Shown here in pieces: positions 7,819-17,338 of a stretch of DNA of 32,000 nt (within the stretch, counting starts at the first letter, position 1; each line of letters begins with the position of its first letter). The position numbers were made by a program, and so were the translations under genes. Origin of the DNA: Candidatus Saccharimonadota bacterium (GTDB lineage: Bacteria > Patescibacteriota > Saccharimonadia > Saccharimonadales > Saccharimonadaceae); contig CP064995.1 in assembly GCA_016700015.1 (NCBI GenBank), positions 120,001 through 152,000 on the forward strand. The letters run 5' to 3'. A model generated the notes under the pieces. The model searched no databases, was not told where the DNA came from, and was given only the letters and a program-made list of their open reading frames with translations.

Positions 7819-9240
7819 ATGCATATTCTCAAACGAACCAAAATATTAGCCGGAGTTGGTCCGGCGACTAACTCAAAAGAAAAAATTGAACAGATGCTTC
7901 ACGCTGGCGTCAATGGCTACCGCATGAATTTTTCTCATGGTACCTACGAAGAGCGTGAACAGCAGCTTCGCTGGATACGTGAAGCGAGCGTCGCCCACGG
8001 TCGGCCAGTTGCAGTTGTCCAAGACCTACAAGGACCAAAAGTCCGGCTTGGCAATCTCAACGATAATCATCAAGACGTGGTTGCTGACGATATATTAATA
8101 CTCGATAGCGCAGCCGAGCACGATGGCTTAGTATTGCCAATGCAGTACAACCTTGCCGAGAAGGTCAAGGTAGGTGAGCGGATCTATCTGTTTGATGGCA
8201 AAATCCGTACCAAAGTTATCGAGATTGCGAGCCCAACGGCTGTAAAAGTACGGGCCGAGAACGGCGGCGTACTAATGAGTCGCAAGGGTGTGAATCTACC
8301 CGATACCGACTTTGGCGGTGATATCATTACCCCCAAAGATGTGCAAGATATTGAATACGCTGCCGATAAAGATTATGACTATGTTGCTCTAAGCTTCATT
8401 CAATCTGCTGATGACATTCATGCTCTTCGGCAAATGCTGGTAAGTCTCGGTAGTGAAGCGCATGTGATTGCGAAGATTGAAACGCGAGCCGCTATCCAAG
8501 ATGGTGTGCTTGAGGCGATTGTGCGCGCGAGTGATGGTGTTATGGTTGCGCGCGGTGATCTGGCTCCGGAAGTAGGGCTTGAAATGGTGCCGATTATTCA
8601 GCGTAAAGTCGTCTCACTCTGTCGTAAACACGGTAAGCTTAGCATTATTGCGACGCAAATGATGAGCAGTATGGTAGATAACCCCGAACCAACTCGCGCC
8701 GAAGTGAGCGATGTTGCAACTGCCGTCATCCAAGGTGCCGATGCGGTCATGTTGTCTGATGAAACGGCAAATGGCAACTACCCGATCGAAACAATTGAAG
8801 CCATGCGCAACACCATTCTTTATACTCAAGAACATTGTCGTGTTGAAATACTTGACGATGAATTTACTAATTCCAAGATGCGCGTTCGCCATGCCATTTC
8901 ACACGCCGCAGTCGAGGTTGCTGAGGAAATTAGTGCCACGGCCATCATCGCCGAAACAAAATCTGGGGCTACGGCAGCAAATATCGGTGCGTGGCGGCCC
9001 AATTTACCGATTATTAGCGTGACAAGCAGTACACGTGCAGCCCAACAGCTTGCGCTTAGCTTTGCAAACCGTAGCTTTATTCGCGAAGATGACGACGAAG
9101 CCGGCTATAAGCTTGCTCAAGAACTGGCTCGCAATAATTTCTTCCAAGTGGAAGTTCCTATTACTGTGGTGATAGTCAGTGGTCGTCAGCCGGGCAAGAT
9201 TGGCGCAACCGATACGATAAAAGTACGGATAATTGAGTAA
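7819..9240 (+). CDS. pyk: Pyruvate kinase
   Basis: RTKILAGVGPAT, GVNGYRMNFSHG, IAKIETRAA, MVARGDL and MLSDETANGNYP are canonical pyruvate kinase motifs across the full length. Confidence 0.97.
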   Translation: MHILKRTKILAGVGPATNSKEKIEQMLHAGVNGYRMNFSHGTYEEREQQLRWIREASVAHGRPVAVVQDLQGPKVRLGNLNDNHQDVVADDILILDSAAEHDGLVLPMQYNLAEKVKVGERIYLFDGKIRTKVIEIASPTAVKVRAENGGVLMSRKGVNLPDTDFGGDIITPKDVQDIEYAADKDYDYVALSFIQSADDIHALRQMLVSLGSEAHVIAKIETRAAIQDGVLEAIVRASDGVMVARGDLAPEVGLEMVPIIQRKVVSLCRKHGKLSIIATQMMSSMVDNPEPTRAEVSDVATAVIQGADAVMLSDETANGNYPIETIEAMRNTILYTQEHCRVEILDDEFTNSKMRVRHAISHAAVEVAEEISATAIIAETKSGATAANIGAWRPNLPIISVTSSTRAAQQLALSFANRSFIREDDDEAGYKLAQELARNNFFQVEVPITVVIVSGRQPGKIGATDTIKVRIIE

Positions 9241-9254
9241 AGAAAAGGGGTGGG

Positions 9255-10481
9255 ATGGCTTTTACTAAACGAACCATAAAATCGTTGCCGCTAAGAGGCA
9301 AGACGATTTTGCTTCGAGCCGACTATAACGTACCGCTAACACATAAGGGCGCAGTGGCTGACGATTACCGCATTCGAAGTAGTGTACCAACAGTAAGGTT
9401 ACTGCTAGAAGAAGGCTGTAAAGTTGTTATTATTAGTCACCTAGGTCGACCCGATGGTAAGCGTGACCCAGCATTTAGCCTTGAACCGGCAGCCAGAAAG
9501 CTGGCTGCGCTTTTAGGAGAGTCGGTACGGTTTGTTGACGACTGTGTAGGCCCTAAAGTTGCAATGGCAATTAAACGGGCTCCAGTGAAAAGCGTAATTG
9601 TGCTGGAAAATCTTCGTTTTCACCCCGAAGAGGAAGCGAATGACAAGGCGTTTGCCAAGCGATTAGCGGCTGACAGTAACGCAGACTATTTTGTACAAGA
9701 TGGATTTGGGGTAGTTCACCGCGCGCATGCGTCAACAGCGGCAATTACTGAATTTTTACCAAGTGTCGCTGGCTTGTTGCTGGAACGCGAGGTAACGACA
9801 ATTACAAACGCCATGAAACATCCAGCAAAGCCACTAGTAGCAGTGCTGGGCGGTGCTAAAGTGAGTGATAAAATCAAAGTGATTGAAGCGCTTGAACATG
9901 TCGCAGATACGATTATTATCGGTGGCGCAATGGCTAATACGCTTTTAGCTCACAAAGGTTACCATGTGGGTAAAAGTAAGATCGAGGATGGCCAAGCTGA
10001 AATCATCGAACATCTCTACCAGGCTGCTGGCCGTAAAGTCGGCGCCGAGCATGTCGATCGATATATTGTCCTTCCCACCGATGTGGGAATTGGGCGATCA
10101 ACTTCGCCACATGCAACCCGTACCGAGGCACCCGTGGCGCATGTACCAGCCGACGGCCTAGCGCTCGACATTGGACCTCAATCAACCCAGCGAATGATCG
10201 ACATCGTGACCAAAGCGAGAACGGTGATATGGAATGGACCGCTTGGTCTCTTTGAAATTCCAGCTTTTGCAACAGCGTCCGAAGCGCTTGCTGCACGGCT
10301 AGCAGATAACGACAAGATAGAGTCAATAATCGGCGGTGGTGATACGGCGGATTTTGCTATCCATTGGAGCCGTAAACACAACAAGACATTTAGCCATATT
10401 TCAACTGGTGGTGGTGCGAGCCTCGAGCTTATGAGTGGGCTTAAGCTGCCAGGTGTGGAAAGCTTGCTAGACGCACACTAA
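9255..10481 (+). CDS. pgk: Phosphoglycerate kinase
   Basis: LLRADYNVPL, ISHLGRP, LENLRFHPEE, GGAKVSDKI, WNGPLGLFE and STGGGASLE are canonical. An SD, GGGGTG, lies just upstream. Confidence 0.97.
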   Translation: MAFTKRTIKSLPLRGKTILLRADYNVPLTHKGAVADDYRIRSSVPTVRLLLEEGCKVVIISHLGRPDGKRDPAFSLEPAARKLAALLGESVRFVDDCVGPKVAMAIKRAPVKSVIVLENLRFHPEEEANDKAFAKRLAADSNADYFVQDGFGVVHRAHASTAAITEFLPSVAGLLLEREVTTITNAMKHPAKPLVAVLGGAKVSDKIKVIEALEHVADTIIIGGAMANTLLAHKGYHVGKSKIEDGQAEIIEHLYQAAGRKVGAEHVDRYIVLPTDVGIGRSTSPHATRTEAPVAHVPADGLALDIGPQSTQRMIDIVTKARTVIWNGPLGLFEIPAFATASEALAARLADNDKIESIIGGGDTADFAIHWSRKHNKTFSHISTGGGASLELMSGLKLPGVESLLDAH

Positions 10482-10530
10482 AAAATAGAGTACACTAACA
10501 ATAGTAAAAGCATAAGTAGTAGCACATATA

Positions 10531-11328
10531 GTGGGCAAAAAACTCATCATCGGTAATTGGAAAATGAACCTCAGCGTCGGTGAGTCCAGTTTGCTTGTGC
10601 ATGCTTTGGCAAAACTAGTGGCAAATCACCGAGATGTCGAAGTGGTAGTTGCACCATCGATGCTCGCCCTCCAGTCCGTTTCTCTACAAGCTCATTCGCA
10701 TCATTTCCAGCTCGCTGCCCAGAATCTATATTGGCGAGATGACGGCACCTTTACCGGAGAAGTTTCGGCCAATCAATTACGAGGTCTTGTGCGCTATGCA
10801 ATTGTCGGGCATTCCGAGCGCCGACACATATTCAACGAATCTGGCAAAGATATTCGCAATAAAGTGCAAGCAGCCTATCGTCACAGTATCACTCCAGTCT
10901 TGTGTGTTGGGGAGACTGCTGGCGAGCGTGCGGTGGGTGAAACCAGCGACGTTATCCATGATCAATTAGTTGGCGGTCTTAGTAACATTACGAGTGAAGA
11001 AGCTGCCTCACTTGTCATCGCCTATGAACCAGTATGGGCGCTTAGTAATGGCAAAGATTTTGAATCACATGAAACTCCTACGCCTGCCGAGATTGAGAGG
11101 ATTGTCAAAGCTATTCGTTCGCAGGTCAAACACCTATTTGGCGAAAATGTTGCTAGCTCAGTCCGTGTACTTTATGGTGGGAGTGTCAATACCGACAACG
11201 CTGCCAGCTTTTTAAATACGAAAGGTATCGATGGAGTATTAGTGGGGGGCGCGAGTCTTGACGCACATGCATTTGCTACTATTGTTGATGCTGCGCATAC
11301 CACTCAACTAAAGGAGAAAAAGAAATGA
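10531..11328 (+). CDS. tpiA: Triosephosphate isomerase
   Basis: GNWKMN, the catalytic His in VGHSERR, the catalytic Glu in AYEPVWA, and YGGSV are all present. The start is GTG. Confidence 0.95.
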   Translation: MGKKLIIGNWKMNLSVGESSLLVHALAKLVANHRDVEVVVAPSMLALQSVSLQAHSHHFQLAAQNLYWRDDGTFTGEVSANQLRGLVRYAIVGHSERRHIFNESGKDIRNKVQAAYRHSITPVLCVGETAGERAVGETSDVIHDQLVGGLSNITSEEAASLVIAYEPVWALSNGKDFESHETPTPAEIERIVKAIRSQVKHLFGENVASSVRVLYGGSVNTDNAASFLNTKGIDGVLVGGASLDAHAFATIVDAAHTTQLKEKKK

Positions 11329-12431
11329 CCGAACTCGACTTTGAAGAGCTAGACAAAGCAGTCAACAGTCTAATGTCGGGTGTTGATACCACAAAGCGCA
11401 GTGTGGTTGCAGACGATCCAGAAGACAAGGTTGTGACGCTTGATGACCCAACACCGGTCGCGTCACCAACCAGTGACGAGATTTCAACATCTACCAGTTC
11501 TCCCGTGGGCCAGCCCAACCCCTCTTTAGCAGTTAAGCGCCGTGGTCAATTTATGGACGTCATGCATCCATCCTCAGACATGAAGTCAACCACTGTGGCT
11601 ACACCTGCTCACCGTCAGGGAATTACAATCACTCCAGCAAACTCATCCCTAAAAGCCGAATCAACACCCCCTGGTGAACAATCGGCAATTTCTATCGATG
11701 ATCCTGTAACCAACGAAAACCGACAGTCCGAGCTAGTCGAAACGAAACCCGTGCTTAAGGTGGACGATAACGCTAAAGATGAGGTCGACACAACGAGTAT
11801 GGAGGCTGTGAAAAATGAATGGCCCGACCCGATTGATGTGGCGTCAATGAGTCAGTCAAGTGGTAGTATCACACCGGAAATTTCTGCTAAGGTTGATCAA
11901 TCGTACAACGAACAGGTAAGTACTGAAGCTACCACCAATGATACCGAGCCACTTTCTTCGCCATTTCTCCCGGACGCAAAAGTTGAAAAGCGCCCTCTCG
12001 GTGCACTGTCTGATACGGCTGACGCTTCTTTCCTTGATCGATCAAATCCTGATAAAGCGGATACTGTGTCCCAGGATTCAGTGGCCGACGTAGTCGATGC
12101 CGATCTCCAGTCGCCACCTCCTGTGCAACTTCCTGATGAGTTGAAAAGCGAGGTTATTGCTCTTGAGTCATCAAATACCAAAGAGGAGACTCTAGAAGCG
12201 GGGCTTGGCACGGAAAATAACACTTCTCATGGGCAAACCCCTCAGCAATACAGCGAGCAACCACCTACCGAAGATCAGCCGAGCACACCAATTTATGACA
12301 CTTCCACTCATGCTCAACCGCTCGAAAAACCGAGAAAGAAGTCATCTGCTTGGAAATGGGTTATTTGGTTCCTTGCCCTTGTCATACTGAGCATACTGGG
12401 CGGTGCAGCATATTTCTATTTCACAACATAA
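11325..12431 (+). CDS. Acidic, Ser/Thr/Pro/Asp/Glu-rich low-complexity protein with a single C-terminal TM (tail-anchored); function unknown
   Basis: Its start overlaps the tpiA stop in an ATGA overlap. A strong SD, AAGGAG (11311-11316), lies 8 nt upstream of the ATG. The C-terminal sequence RKKSSAWKWVIWFLALVILSILGGAAYFYFTT includes the TM helix (12351-12422). The remainder is compositionally biased with no recognisable domain. Confidence 0.6.
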   Translation: MTELDFEELDKAVNSLMSGVDTTKRSVVADDPEDKVVTLDDPTPVASPTSDEISTSTSSPVGQPNPSLAVKRRGQFMDVMHPSSDMKSTTVATPAHRQGITITPANSSLKAESTPPGEQSAISIDDPVTNENRQSELVETKPVLKVDDNAKDEVDTTSMEAVKNEWPDPIDVASMSQSSGSITPEISAKVDQSYNEQVSTEATTNDTEPLSSPFLPDAKVEKRPLGALSDTADASFLDRSNPDKADTVSQDSVADVVDADLQSPPPVQLPDELKSEVIALESSNTKEETLEAGLGTENNTSHGQTPQQYSEQPPTEDQPSTPIYDTSTHAQPLEKPRKKSSAWKWVIWFLALVILSILGGAAYFYFTT

Positions 12432-12449
12432 CCTTAGTGTTGAATTAGC

Positions 12450-12455
12450 TATAAT
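12450..12455 (+). promoter_or_regulatory. -10 box TATAAT, 6 nt upstream of ATG 12462
   Basis: The sequence agcTATAATaacaagATG has no SD. Confidence 0.45.
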
Positions 12456-12461
12456 AACAAG

Positions 12462-14564
12462 ATGGATATTCTTGAGGGGCTTAATGATGCGCAGACGTCG
12501 GCCGTACTTCATGCGAACGGGCCACTGCTTCTTTTGGCGGGTGCCGGCAGCGGCAAAACTAAGACGCTAACGCATAAGATAGCTCATCTCTTGGCGCATG
12601 CAGGCGTGTGGCCTGATCAAATTCTGGCGGTTACCTTTACCAATAAAGCTGCTCGTGAAATGCGCGAACGGCTTGCGGTGCTGACCGGTCAGGAAAACAC
12701 TCGTCATTTCATGCCCTGGATGGGCACGTTTCACGGAATATGTGTTCGCCTACTGCGTACTGATGGCAAAGCCATTGGAATATCACCACAATTCGTTATT
12801 TATGATGAAGACGACCGTCAGGGATTAATCAAGCAGGCCATGAAAGAATTATCGATTAGCGCAGAGCAAGTGAAGCCTCGCGCGGTGAGCGCAGCCATTA
12901 GTAGTGCGAAAAACGATCTACTTTCGCCGGAAGAATATGCCCAGTCGGTCGAATACCCATTTCAACGCCTGGTTGCACAACTGTACGCACACTATGAAGT
13001 GCTTCGTAGGGCCGCCCGCGCCCTTGACTTCGACGATCTGCTTATCGAAACAGTCCGGTTGCTGCGTAAATCGCCGGCGACGCGTGAAAAATATCGCTCA
13101 CAGTTTGCTCATATATTTATCGATGAGTATCAAGACACCAATGCTGCACAATATGCGATTGTGAAGGCGCTAGTAAATCGTGAGAATAATATTTGTGTGG
13201 TAGGTGATGATTGGCAATCCATTTACAGTTGGCGTGGGGCGGATTTTAAAAATATTTTGCGGTTTGAAACCGACTTTCCTGGTGCGACGGTAATTAAACT
13301 AGAGCAAAACTACCGTTCGACAACTTCGATACTTGAGGCAGCACACAGTGTGATTACAAAAAACATCGAACGTACCGATAAGCGACTGTGGACACAAGTC
13401 GGCAAGGGCTCACCGGTGCAGGTTCAAGCGGTCTATGACGAAGTCGAAGAAGCGTATGCCGTCGCCAGTCGCATTGGTGTGCAGGTGAGTATGGGTACGC
13501 GTAACTACGGTGACTTCGTGGTGTTGTATCGAGTGAATGCGCAGAGTTTTGCTATTGAGCGTGCGCTTTTGCAACACCATATACCTTATCAATTAGTTGG
13601 AGGCACGCGTTTTTATGATCGTAAAGAAATTAAAGACATCATTGCCTACCTTCGTCTACTATACCAGCCCAATGACCGCATGAGTTTTAGCCGTATCGTG
13701 AACACGCCCGCAAGGGGTATTGGTATGGTTAGTTTTGAAAAGTTTATAAAATGGCAGAATGAGAGTGGAATGGATATCATTGCGGCGCTTGTTAATGCAG
13801 AGCAAATATCGCAACTGATCCCGAAGGCAAAGCGTGCATTTATGCTTCTTGGCGAAAAATTACGCGAGCTGCAAGGGCTGGTTATTGCCGAGACCAACCC
13901 GAGTGACATAATAGATAGGGTAATTTCTTCAACAGGGTATCTTGAATATATACTCGATGGCAGTCCGGGCGGCGAGGACCGCGAAGCAAACCTGAGCGTA
14001 CTGGTGAGTGACGCGAAATCATTTGTATCGCTTGTCGATTTCCTTCAAGAAGTTGCGCTTATGAGTAGTGTCGATGTAGAAAGTAACGATGAAAAAGTTA
14101 GTCTCATGACACTGCATGCCGCGAAGGGGCTCGAATTTCCAGTGGTATTTATGGTTGGTATGGAAGAAGGTCTCTTCCCGAGTATGCGGGCGCTCGAGGA
14201 AGGTCCAAAGCAGCTGGAAGAAGAGCGTCGCCTTTGCTATGTTGGCATGACTCGGGCGCGCGAAGAACTTCATATGCTCTACGCCCAGAGTCGGTTACAG
14301 TTTGGCCAGCGTAGCTATGCGCGGCCATCCCGATTTCTAGACGATATCGGCCAGCATGCCGTGCTGGCGGTGCCGAACAGCACCACACAATCGTACGAAT
14401 ATACCGACGCGATCAATGATTTCGTCGTAGGTGACCAGGTGCGTTCTCTACAGTTTGGCGATGGCGAGATAGTGGATATTGATGGCCTGGCAGTGACCGT
14501 TCTGTTCGTGGGCGGTGGGCGCAAAAAACTCAACATCGAATATGCACGTTTAGAAAAGCGATAA
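12462..14564 (+). CDS. pcrA: ATP-dependent DNA helicase, UvrD/PcrA family (SF1)
   Basis: Walker A is AGAGSGKT, followed by VTFTNKAA, motif II (DEYQDTN), VGDDWQSIYSWRGA, EQNYRST, TLHAAKGLEF and YVGMTRA. The C-terminal Tudor-like tail (GDQVRSLQFGDGEIVDI) is typical of PcrA. Confidence 0.93.
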   Translation: MDILEGLNDAQTSAVLHANGPLLLLAGAGSGKTKTLTHKIAHLLAHAGVWPDQILAVTFTNKAAREMRERLAVLTGQENTRHFMPWMGTFHGICVRLLRTDGKAIGISPQFVIYDEDDRQGLIKQAMKELSISAEQVKPRAVSAAISSAKNDLLSPEEYAQSVEYPFQRLVAQLYAHYEVLRRAARALDFDDLLIETVRLLRKSPATREKYRSQFAHIFIDEYQDTNAAQYAIVKALVNRENNICVVGDDWQSIYSWRGADFKNILRFETDFPGATVIKLEQNYRSTTSILEAAHSVITKNIERTDKRLWTQVGKGSPVQVQAVYDEVEEAYAVASRIGVQVSMGTRNYGDFVVLYRVNAQSFAIERALLQHHIPYQLVGGTRFYDRKEIKDIIAYLRLLYQPNDRMSFSRIVNTPARGIGMVSFEKFIKWQNESGMDIIAALVNAEQISQLIPKAKRAFMLLGEKLRELQGLVIAETNPSDIIDRVISSTGYLEYILDGSPGGEDREANLSVLVSDAKSFVSLVDFLQEVALMSSVDVESNDEKVSLMTLHAAKGLEFPVVFMVGMEEGLFPSMRALEEGPKQLEEERRLCYVGMTRAREELHMLYAQSRLQFGQRSYARPSRFLDDIGQHAVLAVPNSTTQSYEYTDAINDFVVGDQVRSLQFGDGEIVDIDGLAVTVLFVGGGRKKLNIEYARLEKR

Positions 14565-14589
14565 GCTTTTACCCACTGGGAATTCTTGC

Positions 14590-14595
14590 TATAAT
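14590..14595 (+). promoter_or_regulatory. Extended -10 box TGcTATAAT; about 30-nt leader with GGAG before ATG 14632
   Basis: The sequence reads cttgcTATAATcagac...gttcGGAGtttATG. Confidence 0.4.
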
Positions 14596-14631
14596 CAGAC
14601 ATACGTACTCGCGAGAAAGAGTTCGGAGTTT

Positions 14632-15831
14632 ATGGCAGAAATCTCAATTACACCACACAGAAAACACATGATAGTCATTAGCGCACTTATTTTTGGTGCG
14701 GCTGCCGTTATTGCGGGAACTTCGGTCAGAAATGCCTATGCGGTCGGTGCGGGTGCACCAGCTGTAGCGAGCCACATTATCACGCTTCATGACGACGGTA
14801 AGGAAAAGGGCTTTATAACAAAAGCATCGACACTCCGCCAGGCACTCACTGAAGCAAAAGTTCGACTTGATAAAAACGATCGTACTGAGCCAGGGCTCGA
14901 CGAAAAACTTGTCGCCAGCTCATACGAAGTCAACATTTACCGGGCACGGCCAGTAATTGTTCGTGACGGTAAAAACGAAATTCGCATTGTTACTTCGTAT
15001 CGTACTGCTAGGCAGATTGCCGAGCAGGTAGGCATAACACTTCATGATGAAGATACACTCACGCTCAGTCGAGCGACCGATATTATGAGCGATGGACTAT
15101 TTGAGATATTGACAATTCGCTATGCGACACCCATAACGTTTGTGTTTTATGGCAAGACGATTAAAACATATACTCAAGAGCAAACAGTAGGGGCGATGCT
15201 TAAATCAAAAAATATTGTACCAGAGCGTGACGATACTGTCTTGCCTGCCGCTACCACACCAATTACAGCTGGCATGGAAATACAGTTATGGAAAAACGGT
15301 GAGCAAATGTTGACAGTCGAAGAAGATATCGCTTATGATTCTCAAGAAATTTATGATATGGACCAAGACAAATCCTACCGGAAGGTTCAGACCGAGGGGA
15401 GTGTGGGAAAACGGACAGTGACATATCGAATCGTTATGCATAATGGCGTGCAGGTTGAGAAAAAGGAGTATAGCGCGATTACCACCAAACAACCCATAAA
15501 AGAAGTCGTGGTGATTGGGGGTAAAAACAATTACAGTGGCAGTCTGAACGAATGGCTCTATGCGCTTAGGATGTGTGAAACCCATGGCAGGTACGACACG
15601 AATACGGGGAATGGTTTCTACGGTGCCTATCAGTTCATGATTTCCACATGGAATAGTGTTGCCAGTAAAACAGGTCGTGGCGATCTGGTCGGCATTTTAC
15701 CATCCAATGCTGCTCCGGCCGATCAAGATGCTATGATTATTGCTAATACGAATATGACAGCCGGACTCGTAACACAAAACCCAGGCTGCTATCGCTCAAC
15801 TGGCATATCAAATAAACCACCTGCGCAGTAA
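14632..15831 (+). CDS. RpfB-like secreted peptidoglycan hydrolase (3x DUF348-like + G5 + Rpf-type transglycosylase-like domain)
   Basis: An N-terminal TM/signal segment (MIVISALIFGAAAVIAG) is followed by three repeats of about 50 aa in the style of DUF348. A G5-like segment follows (YRKVQTEGSVGKRTVTYRIVMHNGVQVEKKEYSAITTKQPIKEVVVIGGK). The C-terminal WLYALRMCETHGRYDTNTGNGFYGAYQFMISTW matches the Rpf catalytic motif (CE, TGNG, YG, Q, TW), with a second Cys (NPGCY) available for the conserved disulfide. Confidence 0.8.
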   Translation: MAEISITPHRKHMIVISALIFGAAAVIAGTSVRNAYAVGAGAPAVASHIITLHDDGKEKGFITKASTLRQALTEAKVRLDKNDRTEPGLDEKLVASSYEVNIYRARPVIVRDGKNEIRIVTSYRTARQIAEQVGITLHDEDTLTLSRATDIMSDGLFEILTIRYATPITFVFYGKTIKTYTQEQTVGAMLKSKNIVPERDDTVLPAATTPITAGMEIQLWKNGEQMLTVEEDIAYDSQEIYDMDQDKSYRKVQTEGSVGKRTVTYRIVMHNGVQVEKKEYSAITTKQPIKEVVVIGGKNNYSGSLNEWLYALRMCETHGRYDTNTGNGFYGAYQFMISTWNSVASKTGRGDLVGILPSNAAPADQDAMIIANTNMTAGLVTQNPGCYRSTGISNKPPAQ

Positions 15832-16598
15832 TGCCGAATAAATCTCTTGGCCAACACTGGCTCAAAGATCGTACTATTTTGCAACAAATTGTTGCCAGCG
15901 GTGCTTTACAGTCGACCGACACCGTACTCGAAATCGGTTCTGGTCTTGGAACCTTGACGAGCGAATTACTACGGCATGCACATGATGTCGTAGCAGTAGA
16001 GTATGACAGTGAGCTAGCGCGCAAATTACCCGGTCAGTTTCCGGGTAAGCGATTGACCGTGATTCACGAAAATATTCTTGATTTTGATCTAGATCAGCTA
16101 CCATATGGCTATAAAGTAGTAGCCAATGTGCCCTACTACATCACCAGTAAGATTGTTGAGAAGCTTATGACTGCCGCCAACAAGCCCTCGGTCGCAGTAC
16201 TGTTGGTGCAGAAAGAAGTCGCCGAAAGGATCGCTGCAAAGCCTGGAAATATGAGCATTCTCGCCGTGAGCGCACAGCTGTATGCGAAGGCAGAGCTAGG
16301 TATTGTCGTGCCTGCGGCGTATTTCACGCCACCGCCAAAAGTTGACTCTCAGGTGGTAATATTGACAACCCGCCTTGCACCACTAGTGGCCACAGAAGAC
16401 GAACGTGCGCTCTTTCGTGTGGTGAAAGCCGGCTTTGCGGCGAAGCGTAAAAAATTGCGCTCTTCAATTAGCGCTGGACTGGCCATCACAAAACTCGAGG
16501 CCGAAGAATTACTGCGTCATGCGGGGATTGATCCAGACCTTCGTGCTGAAGAGTTATCGCTCGATGATTGGCATCGGTTGGCAAAGGATGCACTGTAA
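15831..16598 (+). CDS. rsmA: 16S rRNA (adenine1518/1519-N6)-dimethyltransferase
   Basis: SLGQHWL, the SAM-binding site EIGSGLGTLT, VANVPYYITS and FTPPPKVDS are present. Its start overlaps the upstream stop in a TAATG overlap. Confidence 0.95.
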   Translation: MPNKSLGQHWLKDRTILQQIVASGALQSTDTVLEIGSGLGTLTSELLRHAHDVVAVEYDSELARKLPGQFPGKRLTVIHENILDFDLDQLPYGYKVVANVPYYITSKIVEKLMTAANKPSVAVLLVQKEVAERIAAKPGNMSILAVSAQLYAKAELGIVVPAAYFTPPPKVDSQVVILTTRLAPLVATEDERALFRVVKAGFAAKRKKLRSSISAGLAITKLEAEELLRHAGIDPDLRAEELSLDDWHRLAKDAL

Positions 16599-16600
16599 TT

Positions 16601-17335
16601 ATGATTACTGCGGATCAGCCTCAATGTTTCGGCGATCACCTCATAGCGGCACTTTCGTCAAAAAGCGACGGTACTGTCCTTGATAAAACGCTAGGTATTC
16701 ATCACCCGGCAATTATTGCAAATCGTAAGCGATTCTGTGCGCTTGCTGGGAGTGATTATGCGCACGTTGTATATCAGCGTATCCTGTATAATCACGAACA
16801 AACCTACGATGTGCTCCGCGAAGTTACGTACAGAGACACGACGCGCTACATGCCGGAAATAAAAGCGGATGGGCTTATTACGCGTGAGCGGGGGGTCGGC
16901 TTGCTGCTTCCGGTGGCAGACTGCGCAGCAACTATCGTATACGACCCCAAACTTCATATTGTCGCTCTCCTTCATCTTGGTAGACACTCGTCACTCACCT
17001 CACTGATTGCTAAAACGATTCGTGCTTTTGCGGGTTTCGGCAGTCACCGGACTGATCTGATTGTTTGGATGGCACCTAGTGTCCAGCAGTCGCACTACCA
17101 GCTTGATTACTTTGATCCAGCGGATGGCGAAGAGTGGTACGAATTTGTTGATAAGCGCGACGGGAAGTACTTTGTCGATTTACAAGGGCATAATGCGGCC
17201 GTGTTTGAGCGCGAAGGGCTAAGTCCTCATAACATCCATCGCTCTTCAATCAATACCGCAGCGCGTGGTGAATATTTCTCTCATTCTCAAGGTGATACAT
17301 CACAGCGATTTGCAGTACTAGTGCAACTTATCTGA
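16601..17335 (+). CDS. pgeF: YfiH/PgeF-family (DUF152) laccase-domain protein / peptidoglycan editing factor
   Basis: The His-Cys-His triad context of the family is present in LLLPVADCAATIVYDP and ALLHLGRHS. I prefer ATG 16601 (SD AAGGA at 16584-16588, 2 nt after the rsmA stop) over the ORF-track start 16568, which lies inside rsmA. Confidence 0.78.
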   Translation: MITADQPQCFGDHLIAALSSKSDGTVLDKTLGIHHPAIIANRKRFCALAGSDYAHVVYQRILYNHEQTYDVLREVTYRDTTRYMPEIKADGLITRERGVGLLLPVADCAATIVYDPKLHIVALLHLGRHSSLTSLIAKTIRAFAGFGSHRTDLIVWMAPSVQQSHYQLDYFDPADGEEWYEFVDKRDGKYFVDLQGHNAAVFEREGLSPHNIHRSSINTAARGEYFSHSQGDTSQRFAVLVQLI

Positions 17336-17338
17336 CAA

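Noticed and set aside
11325-12431. Whether the ORF after tpiA could be SecG, the usual neighbour.
   Set aside because: SecG is about 70-110 aa with two TM helices. This ORF is 368 aa, mostly disordered and acidic, with a single C-terminal TM helix.
16568-16600. The ORF-track start of the YfiH/PgeF gene, which lies inside rsmA.
   Set aside because: The in-frame ATG at 16601 lies 2 nt after the rsmA stop, with an AAGGA 12 nt upstream. The extra 11 residues would overlap rsmA by 31 nt.
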